From contig JAQGDQ010001563.1 in NCBI GenBank assembly GCA_030141605.1, forward strand, positions 1 to 34,612: a stretch of 34,612 bases of DNA. Direction: 5' to 3'. The stretch is from Tubiluchus corallicola. Taxonomy: Eukaryota > Animalia > Priapulida. The position numbers and the translations under genes are program-made. Below are positions 29,233 through 34,612 of the stretch, in pieces; the first letter of the stretch is position 1, and each line of letters begins with the position of its first letter. The notes beneath the pieces were generated by a model, which was not told the DNA's origin, searched no databases, and saw only the letters and a program-made list of their open reading frames with translations.

Positions 29233-30924
29233 ATGCAATAACCCATATCACATTCCGGACGTCTGGTAATTTGGTAAACGCTACTTCATGAATTGACGTC
29301 AAGCATATTGGCCCATTGCTCTGCTTCTATTGATGTGTAATTTATGCTCATGGGAAATCGGACATTCTCGCAACTATGTAGGTTCTACATAGAATCAACT
29401 CAACTTTGATGATAGAAGCTACCTTAGAAAGGCTATGCAGAATCTCCGCATCAAAATGCCATTTTGTTCTACGATGGATTCCATGTAGAAAAAAGGTTGA
29501 CAGTCATAGCAGAAAATAATGTTGCATTGATCCTGCATAGCCTTTTCTGTGTATGCTACGTGGTATATTTAGCAAAGCATTTTGCTGTAAATTGTACAAG
29601 AGAATTAAATTAGCAATTCTACTTAAATTCTGTCTTAGAAATAGTCAAAATAAAATAAAATAAAGTAAAAACTTAGTTTATAGTGGTCAATTAATAACAA
29701 TACAATTAACTTTTTGGCATAGAACAAGTGAAACTATATTGCAGTATTTTTTGGGCTGTCACTTTAAAGAGTGCCCTTTAACCAAATTAAAGCTGGAAAT
29801 GCCTGTAAAAATTGCAGAGTCCTTTTTATTTTATTATTGCATTATTCTAAAATGTTTTTTCACACACCATCTTTTATTAATTTAAGAAAAAGCAAAAATT
29901 TATGTGAATTATGATTTCACAGTGAATAAGTGCAATACGGCCTTCTAAACTTGATTTGTTCATAGCATCGGAAATAGCCAAGTCATATATGTACATATAC
30001 ATGTCATTGTTTGATGAATTAAGACACAACCTAAGTGATTATGAATAACTTGTGTTACTTACTACAATTTTATTTGAGCTGATAGAAATTTAATCGTTTA
30101 TTTCAAATGTAATACATAATGCATCTACCACTAGCATGAAATCGATTGCTCATAAGTGCCACAAAATGTCTCTAAATTGTTTGTTATTCTGCTCTCACAT
30201 TTTTCTTTTAACATTTCTCATCTCTCCGGTTTCTCCCTTTCTCTCCGTTTTTCTCTTTCTCTCTATGTCTGTCTTTTTGCTCTCTTATTCTGCTTACGTT
30301 CTCCTCTTTCTTCAAAACCTCATATGGGGTTTGAGATTATTAATTATTGAGATAGCGTAGGAGTGAACATATTGACAGGAACTTATGCTGCTGTGCAAAC
30401 TTCTACAGATTGTCTTTGTCTCGTCTTGGTCATATTTTACGTAAGCCTATCACCAGTCTGCATGGACACATAATTAACACTTCACTTTGAATAAATGCAA
30501 ACCTACAAGGGAGTTGGACGCAGTGCCGGACACAGTAAATTAACATAAAATATTGCATATACGTCACCCAGCTTGTCGAAATTAAATTGTCCAAGCTGCG
30601 TATTGTGGTAGCCACTTGCTTAAAAATTCTTTTTACATAAAATAGTTTCACCAAACCAGCTACACTGTTCAAACTTTAAACAGCAGTTTAGAAGATAAAG
30701 GTTGAATCAGTTTTAGCATCAGTCATCAAGACGTCAGAGAGAAATTCGGCGATTACAGAAGTACTATAAAAATTATGCATAATTATTATAGTTTCGTTTA
30801 GGCCCGTTTCCCCAGTAAAAGGTATTTTTATAGTGACGTTTTACCAGTTGGCGTGCTTTCACCGCTCTTTCCCGGCAAGCACAGAATAGGATGTTTGGTT
30901 AGAAAAAGAAAATTAACGTCGAAA

Positions 30925-30955
30925 TTCCGTTTCCGTTTTCCGCCTCTTTCTTGCT
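30925..30955 (+). promoter_or_regulatory. TCT initiator / 5'TOP tract of RPS3, preceded by TTCCG repeats
   Basis: ttccgtttccgttttccgCCTCTTTCTT ~15-20 nt upstream of the ATG; typical of metazoan ribosomal protein genes. Confidence 0.7.
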
Positions 30956-30964
30956 ACGGCCAAC

Positions 30965-33639
<2,675 letters not shown>

Positions 33640-34612
33640 GTATGACTGTATTAACCAGTTAGATTTTACAATGTGATTTTTAGAAAGAATGACAATGAAT
33701 TTTTGCTGTATTTTCTGTGTAATGTATGAAAAGGTGTTCACCAAACCAAATTGGAAGTACCCCTACTAGATTCTTAACAGAATGGTTTCACTTCAATCAG
33801 CTATGGCTTCTTTAAAAAACTGTTATTATGGATTGTAGTCTGTCCCGTGGCATTCATAATGAATCCATTTCCCTTAAAATTCCTCCTTTAACTTTTATAG
33901 AGAAAAAATTTAATAACCTGCTTCTAGGAAAGACATGCTTGTATGAAAGTAATTAACTAAGTATCTTTATTTATCACCTTTTTTACAAGAAAAGCACAGA
34001 GCATGAAATGATAATATGATACAAAGTGACAAGATTATTAAATGAATAAATTATCTGAGTTAATGATGTTCAAGTGATTGGTGAAAGGGTGGCAAAAAAC
34101 TAAAAGTTACCAAAGTCAACCACCCTGAAAGAACTGATTGGCAACACGATTTGTGTTATGCAAAAGTTAGTAGATTCATGATGTTAGTTTATATATTAGT
34201 ATATAGTATATATATATATATATGTATACATGTGCTTGTATGCTGCAAGCTTGACCAGCACCTGATTTCAGGACCTACTCATGTTGCAGCTGTGTCTCCC
34301 CCAAGCCCTAATGTAGATACTTGGCCCTTCAATGATGCACCTATTTGTGCGGCAGGTGGATCCTAAATGAGGATTCAGTCCAGTGCTCCCGCCCGTCCAT
34401 TCCCTACCGTCATGATATTGTGATACCACCTTTCACTAACCACAATAATAATCATTTTACTTTTGCCTACAATAGGAAAATACAGTCGCTTATCAATCAC
34501 GTTGACTTGCTATTTTTCTGAAACCAAACAAAACCGAATTTGGCATCCTGTTCTTTTGATTATATCTGTTTATATTGATTATTTGCTGCTGTCTACTGGC
34601 TAGAAGTATCAT

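Noticed and set aside
28294-29241. Repetitive ORFs (also 24424-24688, 20485-20724, 3669-3875, 12870-13079)
   Set aside because: By-products of minisatellites with no protein features.
30953-30964. gctacggccaa in the RPS3 5'UTR matches the 5S 5' end
   Set aside because: Only ~11 nt; coincidental.

Overview
AT-rich, intron-containing animal (probably invertebrate) genomic DNA. Three plus-strand genes can be spliced by eye with consistent GT-AG phases: an RBM41-like RRM gene (6 coding exons, 8923-15309), MRM2/FTSJ2 mitochondrial rRNA methyltransferase (3 coding exons, 21806-27025) and the first three coding exons of ribosomal protein S3 (from 30965, running off the window). The left end holds two near-identical copies of an LRR C-terminal/GPI-signal-like last exon and a third inverted, frameshifted copy. 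There are many minisatellites, a 5S-rRNA-headed SINE, a Tc1/pogo-type MITE, a solo LTR with heat-shock elements and LINE remnants. The most striking signal is a 59-bp minisatellite in RBM41 intron 4 whose unit is the 3' splice site plus the first ~13 codons of exon 5. It gives 24 tandem acceptors, of which only the last yields an intact RRM. Tandem duplication has also hit coding sequence: four 53-aa repeats in RBM41 and a duplicated SAM-binding motif in MRM2. All calls come from manual reading; no database searches were run.
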